In this document: one piece after another, positions 13,001 through 23,823 of the stretch | Numbering within the stretch: position 1 is the stretch's first letter | Layout: each line of letters begins with the position of its first letter | NCBI RefSeq assembly: GCF_964355755.1 | Contig: NC_092672.1 | Coordinates: 33,238,437 to 33,302,436, forward strand | Source: Antedon mediterranea | Lineage: Eukaryota; Animalia; Echinodermata | Direction: 5' to 3' | DNA: 64,000 nucleotides | Translations under genes and position numbers: made by a program | Notes under the pieces: generated by a model | What the model was told of the DNA's origin: nothing | What the model saw: the letters and a program-made list of their open reading frames with translations, nothing else | The model's database searches: none

Positions 13001-15198
13001 GTTCTTATAAAATACTTAATAATTTAAGAACGTAATTATAGGATAGCGTACTGTACTGTAGTTTAAAAAGTCAATAAACGGTATTTCAATTTGAATAAAA
13101 TATTCATTTGCTAACTATATTCAATTCATGTTAAAAATTTTCCTATTAATTAACATTATTAATCAGAATAGTATATACATAAAGTACTGTATTGTACAGG
13201 TACTATACATTGTGCTCATTTATACTCTACAGTACTCTACAGTACAGTGTGCTATACTGTAGTGTTATACATAATATACTGTAACACAAAAGATGTGGCT
13301 ATTGAATGTACAGTACATAGTAAACTACTGTATAATGTAGGTTAGGCCTACAATACAAAAATGGATTTATGGTATAGCATAGGCCCACTCCATTACACTA
13401 TACTGTAGGCCCTATCATTGGTATATACAGTATTACAGTACTTAATTAGTACTGGTATCTACTTAGGTACTTGATGACAGACAGGCAATATTTCATCCTT
13501 GCTGTATCAGACAATGGTTGAGATAACTGGGTGATTAGTTGACAAATTACTGGTTTTGTCAGGAAGATTAGGAAAGCCATCCAATGTCATGGTCTTTATT
13601 CTATACCAGTAAAGTGTGGTAGATAATCTATTGTGTAGTAATTTCACACTTGCTTTAATAGGCTATATACTGTAGTAAACTTAAAAAGATGATACTGTAC
13701 AAATACCTAGCCCTGCCCTTAACACAATTAACATTTACCTGCGTAACCTAATTAGCCTATCTGTTATCATTTATAACATGCAATAAAATAATTAAACAGC
13801 CTACTCTATAAACCATATACTTAGCATTGATATTATTTGATGTAATAACTGTAAAATGTAGAATCAGTGGTAATAAATACTGAAACATAAAATAGATAGT
13901 GGCTACCTACTGTACAGATGGCAGACAAACTTTTAGTTGTGTACAGTATGTACACTGTATTGTCTTTTTTTTAGATTAATATATTTACAAAATAATATGA
14001 AACAATCACTTCAGCTACTTTACAGCATTGCATACTGTACAGGTTTTAAAAATTAAAAGTTTGGGCAAAAGTACCTGTCCTCCCATACTTTACCATATTG
14101 CGAAATGTTTTTGTAATCATCCCTAAAGGTATAGTATGTCCCAAAACCACTTTGAAGGACCTACAGTAGGGGCTCCAAGTCAACCAGCCTACTGTAGGTT
14201 AAGTATTGTCTCTACCTGTTTATCCTCTTACTGTATGTAACAAAATACGATGAGAAGAAGATTCACAGTACTTTCACACGTGATAATACTTAAAAATGAA
14301 CTCTGGTTGGAAACAATGTCAACGCTGTACATTTCTCAGAAATTAATATTAATCTACAGACAGTACATTTGTCACTCAGAAACGTAATCAATATTTCTTT
14401 ATAACATTAAAAATTATTTGTGATGTTGATCAATCCTTATAAAAAAACATCCAATTCGGCACATGCCTATAGTAGTTTTAAAAAATAAATAAAAACATAG
14501 AAGTGAGGTCCATTCACGTTTAGATTAGATGTATTTATTTAATTTAAAACATATTTAGACAACCATATAAGGTAAAGATGTATGTACAGTATCACCTGTT
14601 TTACATTATGTTATGGTTCTGTTTTTAGAAATAAAAGGTTAAAAACATGCATTGCTAATAAAATGGTAAAAATCACAATACAAAGACAATATATGTCTTG
14701 AGATGGTAGTTCACATTGTAACTATACTAGGCCTACTAGCACTACTTTTTAGTCTGAACTAAAGAACAGTCGAACACAATTCCATCCAGCCCGACCCATT
14801 CATTCCCATTCAATTCATTAATAATAATATTCATTTTATGATTTCATTGAATATGAACGATTCATTTAATAATAATAATAATAATAATGTATTCATCACT
14901 CACACAATTCTTCATCATTATAAAAGAATTTTAGCTAACAACAACTAGGCCTAGCCTAGTAGGAATTGGCCTAATAGATTTATTCTAAACAATACTACAG
15001 CATAATATACCAGACTGATCTGCTACCCGTTGGTAGGCCTCACATCCGGCACGTATCTTAGGTGCGACGACAATAAAAACAAGAGGCTAAAGCCTAGCCT
15101 AGCATCAACATACCTGCTGTCGTAGTTTCTATGTCACAATTGATGCAGTTTACACATAAATATACTGCCACAACCAGTAGTGCTCTTGCACTAGCCAT
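3885..15198 (-). CDS. CLSTN1: Calsyntenin (cadherin-family), 5' part: coding exons 15114-15198, 4758-5085, 3885-4093; gene continues beyond the left edge
   Basis: Exon 1 encodes a signal peptide (MASARALLVVAVYLCVNCINC). Exons 2-3 give INSHRPYLEDVSYHGEIDEN...DCERQPEWKFEIQAGDCG...SHKSTVHIVMADINDNKPYF...DDDCSPQYSKICEYEIITPDVPFVIDNKG, closely matching the calsyntenin cadherin repeats. GT-AG junctions are phase-compatible (1, 2, 1). Confidence 0.93.
4181..4520. repeat. 40-bp AT-rich minisatellite (about 8 copies)
   Basis: Unit ttatgttaattcttaaattattatacattttttattattt, in calsyntenin intron 2. Confidence 0.9.
4758..5085 (-). CDS. CLSTN1: Calsyntenin coding exon 2 (cadherin repeat 1)
   Basis: Within ORF 4727..5137; acceptor tttcaacag, donor gtatgt. 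Confidence 0.93.
8197..8390. mobile_element. MITE family A (TIR AGCTCTGTCTACACTATCAAACT; PIF/Harbinger-like)
   Basis: TIR plus internal ccaaatatggtagtgatatg units. About 15 full or partial copies in the window, mostly at TWA flanks. Confidence 0.75.
15114..15198 (-). CDS. CLSTN1: Calsyntenin coding exon 1 (signal peptide)
   Basis: ATG at 15198, hydrophobic stretch, donor G|gtatgt; phase 1 matches the acceptor at 5085. Confidence 0.8.
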
Positions 15199-16008
15199 CC
15201 TTTTAAGTACTCGCTCGCAATTATCGTATGTCCAACTTCTAATAAATAGTATAAATGAATTCCAAAAACAGACAAAATATTTAAGACAGCCAAAATGGCT
15301 ACACGACCGTTCAATGTGAAAATGTTACTTGTGTGTGACTCGACACTCGCGAGCGAACAACATGATGCAGAATTCGTCACCTGACTGTCATTATTAAACA
15401 GAAGGTTCCATTATTAAAACTGCATAATAATTACATTATAATGTATTAAATCAAAACCCTATAAAAAAATATTATTAACCAAACAAATAGATATACACTT
15501 TTATTAATTATTGCATTTTTATGACTATTATTTTTACATATAAGCAGTTTTATAAGTTTGAGTAAAATTAATTAAAAAAAGATTACCTTGAAATATAATA
15601 GAATAACCTAAATTATGCACATCTTTTAAAACAATATTAGCGATTGAGAAAATATTGTTGCGTAATGGTATCTATTATAAATATAACCGAGAACAATAAC
15701 CAAATTGATAATTTTAAATTGAACACATATTTATTGTTAATAATACATTATTACTGAATATAATTTTAATTTATACAGTTTTATTAAATAAAATTATAGA
15801 GGGGGTAAATCTTGACAATTGTTGTGGTGCATGTTATTTTTATTTTTAGACTCTGCGTCATCAAACGTAAATGTAATGTAAATATTAATAATTGCACAAT
15901 AGAAGTGCAAATTGTAAAAACCCAATTGTTAATTATATGTTCCGACCTTGTTTAAACTAATTTGCAAGTTCACTTACGGGATGCATAAAATATTGTAAAT
16001 TAACTATA

Positions 16009-17273
16009 CTAGATGGTACGCTCGCTTCGCTCGCGTAGGTCGTGCCCACAGATGGTTCTCGAATACACAGTAATTTCAGGACTATAATGCATTGTTGTTT
16101 ACAGAAACGAATAAATAGACACGATAATTTATGTAGTCAACTAAAATTAGCACCCTGGGAATTACTTCCGAAGGAGAAACTTATCAAAATGAGTCCAAAT
16201 TTTTGATTTGGACTCATTTAAAGAAACACAGTTTGTGTTTTGTATTAGGGTTGAGGGATGGGAAAGCGGATAGGTACAAAGAGGAACAATTTTTAAATAT
16301 ATTCTTTATCCACTCAGTAACGAAATATTTTTTCATGTTTTATTATAGGCCTATAAATACAGTAAAACATTTGCGATTTAATAAATAATACTTTGTTAAA
16401 ACTCCCACTGTCATAATCGATTGAAATATTAAAGTACATGTCACGATACACCACTACGACGTTATATTTTTGGTAATTATTAATTAATACAAACGTTGAG
16501 AAGGAACTGTCAGTATAAAGTTTATTTGTATATAATAATGTGTATATTATATATCTAACAGTGGAGCCTATCCACAATCTCAGTAATAAAGTTTATTTGT
16601 ATATATTTTTATATTAAATCTAACAGTACGAACATTCACAGTAAGAAATGTTCGATTCAAATGAGCACCAACAATAGTTAATGGGTATTTACAGTATTGT
16701 CAAAGTATTGCAAGTTTATTCTCAAAGGGCCCATATATTTACCTACCGTATGTGTTAAACCAAGGGCTCTTAAATTTACCTACTTGTGTTAAACCAAACT
16801 CTGGCAGACTGAGAGATTGGGATGTTCCATTCATCGCAAATCAATATATTTGTATAAACGTATATTAAATCTATCAAAATAGTATTTTTTTAAGAAAATC
16901 GGCCTGTCTTCAACATTATGATGCTGTACTCTTGCTGTTAAACCGGTTTTCAGCTATTAAAAACAGTTATCGTAGGAGGAGATAGGAAAATACGAAGCCT
17001 CCTCGCATTTTTGTGGCGGGTATTTTTCAAGATGGACATCCATTAGACAGTGTATACCACGATCGGAAAACACCCCTATTTGGGGCAAATCGTTGAACCT
17101 AAATTCGTATAAATAACTAATTATCTAACTTAATTCAATTAGCAAACAGGGTTACATCAGGTGGTTAAAATCAGTACCGAAAGTACGAACCAACTTTATA
17201 TACCATCGAGTAAAAATTCTAGAAGTAAGGTGCGATTTACCGAATTTTGCCCTTACGTAAATTTATATATAGA
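16009..17273 (-). mobile_element. Non-autonomous Helitron
   Basis: Minus strand starts A|TCTATATATA (17273) and ends in a GC-rich GAA-loop hairpin (ACGCGAGCGAAGCGAGCGT) followed by CTAG|T (16009). Its 5' 200 bp recur at about 59490-59690. Confidence 0.7.
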
Positions 17274-17555
17274 TTATTTATTCAGGCAAAAGATACATTT
17301 TACAAAATATAATACAAATCAACAAATTAAACAAACACAACGCAAAGGAAAATATAAAATCATAGTCACTAGCTGTACTTTTGAAATAGCTTAGTTGGGA
17401 GAGCCTCAGACTGAAGATCTGAAGGTCCCTGGGGGTCAATCCCGGGTTTCAGCATCTAGCAACAATGTTTTTTTGTTAAAAGCATATTTTGTTTTATGAC
17501 AATATAATACTCTCTTTAATGTACAGGGCTATCGCATGCATTGTAAATGTCAACT

Positions 17556-17561
17556 GCCGAA

Positions 17562-17611
<50 letters not shown>

Positions 17612-17628
17612 AATCCCGGGTTTCGGCA
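17556..17628 (+). tRNA. trnF-GAA: tRNA-Phe(GAA), consensus-perfect copy
   Basis: Intact cloverleaf, A and B boxes, downstream T-tract. Confidence 0.95.
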
Positions 17629-17734
17629 CCTAGCAACAAAGTTTTTTGTTAACAGCATATTTTGTTTTATGACAATATAATATTCTTTTTAATGTATATA
17701 GGCCAATCGATCGCATGCATTCTAAATGGCAACT

Positions 17735-17754
17735 GCCGAAATAGCTCAGTTGGA

Positions 17755-17790
<36 letters not shown>

Positions 17791-17807
17791 AATCCCGGGT
17801 TTCGGCA
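17735..17807 (+). tRNA. trnF-GAA: tRNA-Phe(GAA), G20A variant
   Basis: Single substitution in the D-loop. Confidence 0.85.
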
Positions 17808-17817
17808 TCTACCAGCA

Positions 17818-17927
17818 ATAATAATAATAATAATAATAATTTATTTGGAAATTACACTTTTACAACAGTGGCACTCGAACAAATGGAAGGTGCATCCAAG
17901 AGAAATATACAAAAAAAAAAAAATAAA
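17818..17927 (-). mobile_element. Short LINE 3'-end fragment inserted in an array spacer
   Basis: About 110 bp absent from the homologous spacer at 18443-18544; minus strand ends AATAAA(TTA)n. Confidence 0.65.
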
Positions 17928-18018
17928 TATATTTTGTCTAAAGTATATTTCGTATTGTGCGATAATATAATATTCTGTTTCATGTATAGGCCTATCTCAT
18001 GCATCGTGTTTGTTAACT

Positions 18019-18024
18019 GCCGAA

Positions 18025-18074
<50 letters not shown>

Positions 18075-18091
18075 AATCCCGGGTTTCGGCA
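18019..18091 (+). tRNA. trnF-GAA: tRNA-Phe(GAA), consensus-perfect copy
   Basis: Exact consensus 73-mer. Confidence 0.95.
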
Positions 18092-18190
18092 ACTAGCAAC
18101 AATTAATTTTTGTTTAAAACATGTTTTGTTGTACGATGATATAATATTCTTTTTCATATAGGCTTATTGAATGCATTGAATTTGTTAACT

Positions 18191-18196
18191 GCTGAA

Positions 18197-18246
<50 letters not shown>

Positions 18247-18263
18247 AATCCCGGGTTTCGGCA
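18191..18263 (+). tRNA. trnF-GAA: tRNA-Phe(GAA), C3T variant
   Basis: Single substitution giving a U3-G70 wobble. Confidence 0.85.
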
Positions 18264-18369
18264 TCTAGCAACAAAGTTTTTTGTAAACAGCATATTTTGT
18301 TTTATGACAATATAATATTCTTTTTAATGTATATAGGCCAATCGATCGCATGCATTGTAAATGGCAACT

Positions 18370-18375
18370 GCCGAA

Positions 18376-18425
<50 letters not shown>

Positions 18426-18442
18426 AATCCCGGGTTTCGGCA
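18370..18442 (+). tRNA. trnF-GAA: tRNA-Phe(GAA), consensus-perfect copy
   Basis: Exact consensus 73-mer. Confidence 0.95.
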
Positions 18443-18544
18443 TCTACCAGCAATATATTTTGTCTAAAGTATATTTCGTATTGTGCGATAATATAATATT
18501 CTGTTTCATGTATAGGCCTATCTCATGCATCGTGTTTGTTAACT

Positions 18545-18550
18545 GCCGAA

Positions 18551-18600
<50 letters not shown>

Positions 18601-18617
18601 AATCCCGGGTTTCGGCA
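18545..18617 (+). tRNA. trnF-GAA: tRNA-Phe(GAA), consensus-perfect copy
   Basis: Exact consensus 73-mer. Confidence 0.95.
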
Positions 18618-18726
18618 TCTAGCAGCAATATAATATTTTGTCTAAAGTATATTTCGTTTTATGCGATAATATAATATTCTTTTTCATGTATAGGCTTATT
18701 GAATGCATTGAATTACAACTGCCAAA

Positions 18727-18770
<44 letters not shown>

Positions 18771-19260
18771 AGGTTCAATCCCGGGTTTCGACATCTAGCA
18801 ACAATTATTTTTTGTTTAAAACATGTTTTGTTCTACGATGATATAATATTCTTTTTCATGTATAGGCTTATTGAATGCATGGAATTTATTAACTGCTGAA
18901 ATAGATCAGTTGGGAGAGCGTCAGACTGAAGATATGAAGGTCCCTGGTTCAATCCCGGGTTTCGGCATCTACCAACAATTATTTTTTGTTTAAAACATGT
19001 TTTGTTGTACGATGATATAATATTCTTTTTCATGTATAGGCTTATTGAATGCATTGAATTTATTAACTGCCGAAATAGCTCAGTTGGGAGAGTTTCAGAC
19101 TGAAAGTCTGAAGGTCCCTGGTTCAATCCCGGGTTTCGGCATCTATGCAGCAATATATTTTGTCTAATGCATATTTCTTTTTGTACGATAATATACTATT
19201 CTTTTTCATGTATAGGCCTATCGCATGCATTGTAATTGTGAACTGGAAAAATAGCTCAGC

Positions 19261-19296
<36 letters not shown>

Positions 19297-19401
19297 ATTC
19301 AGTCCCAGGTTTCGGCATCTGTTTAAAGCATATGTTCTTCTACAAGAAATTCATATAGTTTTCAATGTATAGGCTTATAAATTGCATGCATTGCGTCAGC
19401 T

Positions 19402-19407
19402 GCCGAA

Positions 19408-19450
<43 letters not shown>

Positions 19451-19474
19451 ATGGTTCAATCCCGGGTTTCGGCA
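19402..19474 (+). tRNA. trnF-GAA: tRNA-Phe(GAA), one T-stem substitution
   Basis: GGTCCATGG instead of GGTCCCTGG. Confidence 0.8.
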
Positions 19475-19587
19475 TCTAGCAACAATGTTTTTAGCATGTT
19501 AAAAGCATTTTGTTTTTGTTTTTACCAATATAATATTCTTTTTAATGTATATAGGCCTATCGATCGCATGCATTGTAAATGTCAACT

Positions 19588-19653
19588 GCCGAAATAGCAC
19601 AGTTGGGAGAGCGTCAGATCTGAAGGTCCCTGGTTCAATCCCGGGTTTCGGTA
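19588..19653 (+). pseudogene. tRNA-Phe pseudogene, 7-nt anticodon-loop deletion
   Basis: GCGTCAGATCTGAAGG instead of GCGTCAGACTGAAGATCTGAAGG. Confidence 0.85.
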
Positions 19654-19755
19654 TCTACCAGCAATATACTTTGTCTAAAGTATATTTTGTTTTGTGCGAT
19701 AATATAATATTCTGTTTCATGTATAGGCCTATCTCATGCTTCGTGTTTGTTAACT

Positions 19756-19761
19756 GCCGAA

Positions 19762-19811
<50 letters not shown>

Positions 19812-19828
19812 AATCCCGGGTTTCGGCA
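19756..19828 (+). tRNA. trnF-GAA: tRNA-Phe(GAA), consensus-perfect copy
   Basis: Exact consensus 73-mer. Confidence 0.95.
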
Positions 19829-19929
19829 TCTAGCAACAATTATTTTTTGTTTAAAACATGTTTTGTTGTACGATGATATAATATTCTTTTTCATGTATAG
19901 GCTTATTGAATGCATTGAATTTGTTAACT

Positions 19930-19935
19930 GCCGGA

Positions 19936-19968
<33 letters not shown>

Positions 19969-21050
19969 AATAATTCAACATTTATTAGTTTCTATCAATG
20001 GTATAACAATACAATAAAAAAGAATGATAATTTATAATGAGAAAATACAAAAAAAAAACATTAATAGAGGATCTTGCAAGAAGAGAATACTTGTCACGCA
20101 AGACCCATAAACAAAAGAAAAAAAATACATTTGTATATAATTATTAAATAAAATAAAAAAAAGTCATGACAAAAACAGTTTGAAGGTCTAGTTTGAGTAC
20201 AATGATAACAAATTACTTTTAAGTTTTTTACGAAAAGTTGGGAGAGAGGAAGAGTTAACAATACTAGTATCTAATTGATTCCAAATTAAAGGGCCAGAAA
20301 CATAAATAAAATGAGAAGAACTAGTTAATCTTACAAAAGGAATAGTTAACTGAAACTTATGAACAGTACTTCTTAAATTATGACCATGGTTGAAATCAGC
20401 AGTGTTAAATAAATTCATCATGGGAGAAGGAAGATTGTTAGAAAAATATTGAAAGACAAAAGAGGCACTTTGCAATTTATGTATATCACCTAACTTCAGT
20501 AACTTAAGTTCATAAAATAAAGGTTCAGATGGAGTAATGCGAGACGTACAAGTAATATTTCTAATAGCACGCTTAATCAGCTTATTAAGTTTATCGAAAT
20601 GTGATGGATAGTCAGCAGCCCAAATAATGTTACAATAATAAAGATGAGGTAAAATTAAAGAATTATATAATGAAAGAAGGATACGCCGGGGAAAAGTGTG
20701 CTTAAGATTATTTATAATCCCAATTGTTTTAGAAATTTTATTTGCAATATGATTCTGATGACTGGTCCATCTCAAGTTTTCCTGGATTAAAACACCAAGG
20801 AACATAGTCTCTGACGTTTGTTTAATGTTATCTCCATTAATAAATATATTGTAATCAGTAAGGTCTAACAATTGACGTTGTGTATGAAAAGGAATGTAAT
20901 TGGTTTTCATGGAGTTTATAAGGAGTTTATTTGAGATGAACCAGTCATTATATTTTGACAATTCATTATTAACTATAGAAAATAAAACTTTATATCTGAA
21001 GATATAAAACATATATCTGAAGGTTCCTGGTTCAATCCCGGGTTTCGGCA
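19930..21050 (+). pseudogene. tRNA-Phe split by a LINE insertion
   Basis: 5' half 19930-19968 ends ACTGAAGAT; 3' half ATCTGAAGGTTCCTGGTTCAATCCCGGGTTTCGGCA resumes near 21015. Confidence 0.9.
19969..21014 (-). mobile_element. 5'-truncated non-LTR retrotransposon (CR1/L2/Crack group), ORF2 C-terminus plus 3' UTR
   Basis: ORF 20188..21051 contains WFISNKLLINSMKT...FLGVLIQENLRWTSH...LYNSLILPHLYYCNIIW, the end of RT plus the C-terminal region. 3' UTR has a TCTTGC..GCAAGA stem-loop and an AATAAA end. Confidence 0.9.
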
Positions 21051-21170
21051 TCTAGCAACAATTATTTTTTGTTTAAAACATGTTTTGTTGTACGATGATA
21101 TAATATTCTTTTTCATATATAGGCTTATTGAATGCATTGAATTTGTTAACTGCCGAAATAGCTCAGTTGA

Positions 21171-21207
<37 letters not shown>

Positions 21208-21513
21208 AATCCCGGGTTTCGGGATCTAGCAACAATTATTTTTTGTTTAAAACATGCTTTGTTGTACGATGATATAATATTCTTTTTCATGTATAGGCTT
21301 ATTGAATGAATTGGATTTATTAACTGCCGAAATAGCTCAGTTGGTAGAGCGTCAGACTGAAGATCTGAACGTCGCTGGTTCAATCCCGGGTTTCGACATC
21401 TAGCAGCAATATATTTTGTCTAAAGCATATTTCTTTTTGTACGATAATATACTATTCTTTTTTCATGTATAGGCCTATCGCATGCATTGTAATTGTGAAC
21501 TGCCGAAATAGCC

Positions 21514-21557
<44 letters not shown>

Positions 21558-21842
21558 AATCCCGGATTTCGGCATCTGTTTAAAGCATATTTTCTTCTAC
21601 AAGAAATTCATATAGTTTCAATGTATAGGCCTATTAATTGCATGCATTGCGTCAGCTGCCGAAATAGCTCAGTTGGGAGAGTGTTAGGCTGAAGATCTGA
21701 AGGTCCCTGGTTCAATCCCGGGTTTCGGCATCTAGCAACAACGTTTTTTGCATGTTAAAAGCATTTTTTTTTGTTTTGTTTAATATAATATTCTTTTTAA
21801 TGTATATAGGCCTATGGATCGCATGCATTGTAAATTTCAACT

Positions 21843-21907
21843 GCCGAAATAGCTCAGTTGAGAGAGCGTCAGACTGAAGGTCCCTGGTTCAATCCCGGGT
21901 TTCGGCA
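21843..21907 (+). pseudogene. tRNA-Phe pseudogene, 8-nt anticodon-arm deletion
   Basis: AGACTGAAGGTCCC: one CTGAAG unit of the direct repeat collapsed. Confidence 0.85.
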
Positions 21908-22183
21908 TCTACCAGCAATATATTTTGTCTACAGTATATTTCGTTTTGTGCGATAATATAATATTCTTTTTCATGTATAGGCTTATTGAATGCATTGGAT
22001 TTATTAACTGCCGAAATAGCTCAGTTGGGAGAGCGTCAGAGTGAAGATCTGAAGGTCCCTGGTTCAATCCCGGCTTTCGGCATCTAGCAACGATTATTTT
22101 TTGTTTAAAACATGTTTTGTTGTACGATGATATAATATTCGTTTTCATGTATAGGCTTATTGAATGCATTGGATTTGTTAACT

Positions 22184-22189
22184 GCCGAA

Positions 22190-22239
<50 letters not shown>

Positions 22240-22256
22240 AATCCCGGGTTTCGGCA
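22184..22256 (+). tRNA. trnF-GAA: tRNA-Phe(GAA), consensus-perfect copy
   Basis: Exact consensus 73-mer. Confidence 0.95.
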
Positions 22257-22440
22257 TCTAGCAACAATGTTTTTTGCATGTTAAAAGCATTTTTTGTGTT
22301 GTACCAATATAATATTCTTTTTAATGTATATAGGCCTATCGATCGCATGCATTGCAAATGTGAACGCATATTTTGTTCTACAAGAAATTCATATAGTTTT
22401 CAATGTATAGGCCTATTAAATTACATGCATTGCGTCAGCT

Positions 22441-22513
22441 GCCGAAATAGCTCAGTTGGGAGAGCGTTAGACTGTAAATCTGAAGGTCTCTGGTTCAATC
22501 CCGGTTTTCGGCA
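22441..22513 (+). tRNA. tRNA-Phe-derived copy with GTA (Tyr) anticodon; probable pseudogene
   Basis: Anticodon arm TTAGA-CTGTAAA-TCTGA on a tRNA-Phe body; T49/T65 mismatch. Confidence 0.6.
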
Positions 22514-22796
22514 TTTAGCACCAATGTTTTTTGTTAAAAGCATTTTTTGTTTTTACCAATAACATAATATTCTTTTTAATGTATATAGTCCTATCGATCG
22601 CATGCATTGTAAATGTCAACTGCCGAAGTAGCTCAGTTGGGAGAGCGTCAGATTGAAGATCTGAAGGTCCCTGGTTCAATCCCGGGATTTGGCATCTACC
22701 AGCAATATACTTTGTCTAAAGTATATTTCGTTTTGTGCGATAATATAATATTCTGTTTCATGTATAGGCCTATCTCATGCATCGGGTTTGTTAACT

Positions 22797-22802
22797 GCCG
22801 AA

Positions 22803-22852
<50 letters not shown>

Positions 22853-22869
22853 AATCCCGGGTTTCGGCA
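22797..22869 (+). tRNA. trnF-GAA: tRNA-Phe(GAA), consensus-perfect copy
   Basis: Exact consensus 73-mer. Confidence 0.95.
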
Positions 22870-22987
22870 TCTAGCAACAATTATTTTTTGTTTAAAACAT
22901 GTTTTGTTGTATGATGATATAATATTCTTTTTCATGTATAGGCTTATTGAATGCATTGGATTTACTAACTGCCGAAATAGCTCAGCC

Positions 22988-23026
<39 letters not shown>

Positions 23027-23321
23027 AATCCCGGGTTGCGCGGCATCTAGCAACAATTTTTTTTTTTTTTAAACAAGTTTTGTTGTACGATGATATAATA
23101 TTCGTTTTTATGTATAGGCTTATTGAATGCATTGGATTTGTTGACTGCCGAAATAGCTCAGTTGGGAGAGCGTCATACTGAAGACCTGAAGGTCCCTGTT
23201 TCAATCCCGGGTTTCGGAATCTAGCAGCAATATATTTTGTCAAAAGTATATTTTGTTTTGTGCGATAATATAATATTCTGTTTAATGTATAGGCCTATTT
23301 CATGCGTTATGTTTGTTAACT

Positions 23322-23327
23322 GCCGAA

Positions 23328-23377
<50 letters not shown>

Positions 23378-23394
23378 AATCCCGGGTTTCGGCA
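23322..23394 (+). tRNA. trnF-GAA: tRNA-Phe(GAA), consensus-perfect copy
   Basis: Exact consensus 73-mer. Confidence 0.95.
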
Positions 23395-23750
23395 TCTAGC
23401 AACAATATTTTTTGCATGTTAAAAGCATTTTTTTGTTTTTACCAATATAATATTCTTTTTAATGTATATAGGCCTATCGATCGCATGCATTGTAAATGTG
23501 AACGCATATTTTGTTCTTCAAGAAATTCATATAGTTTACAATGTATAGGCCTATTAAATTGTATGCATTGCGTCAGCTGCCGAAATAGCTCAGTTGGGAG
23601 AGCGTTAGACTGAAGATCTGAAGGAATCTGGTTCAATCCCGGTTTTCGGCATCTAGCACCAATGTTTTTTGTTAAAAGCATTTTTTGTTTTTACCAATAT
23701 AATATTCTTTTTAATGTATAGGCCTATCGCATGCATGCTACATGTCACCT

Positions 23751-23756
23751 GCCGAA

Positions 23757-23806
<50 letters not shown>

Positions 23807-23823
23807 AATCCCGTGTTTCGGCA
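23751..23823 (+). tRNA. trnF-GAA: tRNA-Phe(GAA), one T-stem substitution
   Basis: CCCGTGTTTC instead of CCCGGGTTTC. Confidence 0.8.

Noticed and set aside
20973-21051. N-terminus MPKPGIEPGTFR of the 287-aa ORF as a real start
   Set aside because: It is antisense tRNA sequence fused by chance to a 5'-truncated LINE ORF2.
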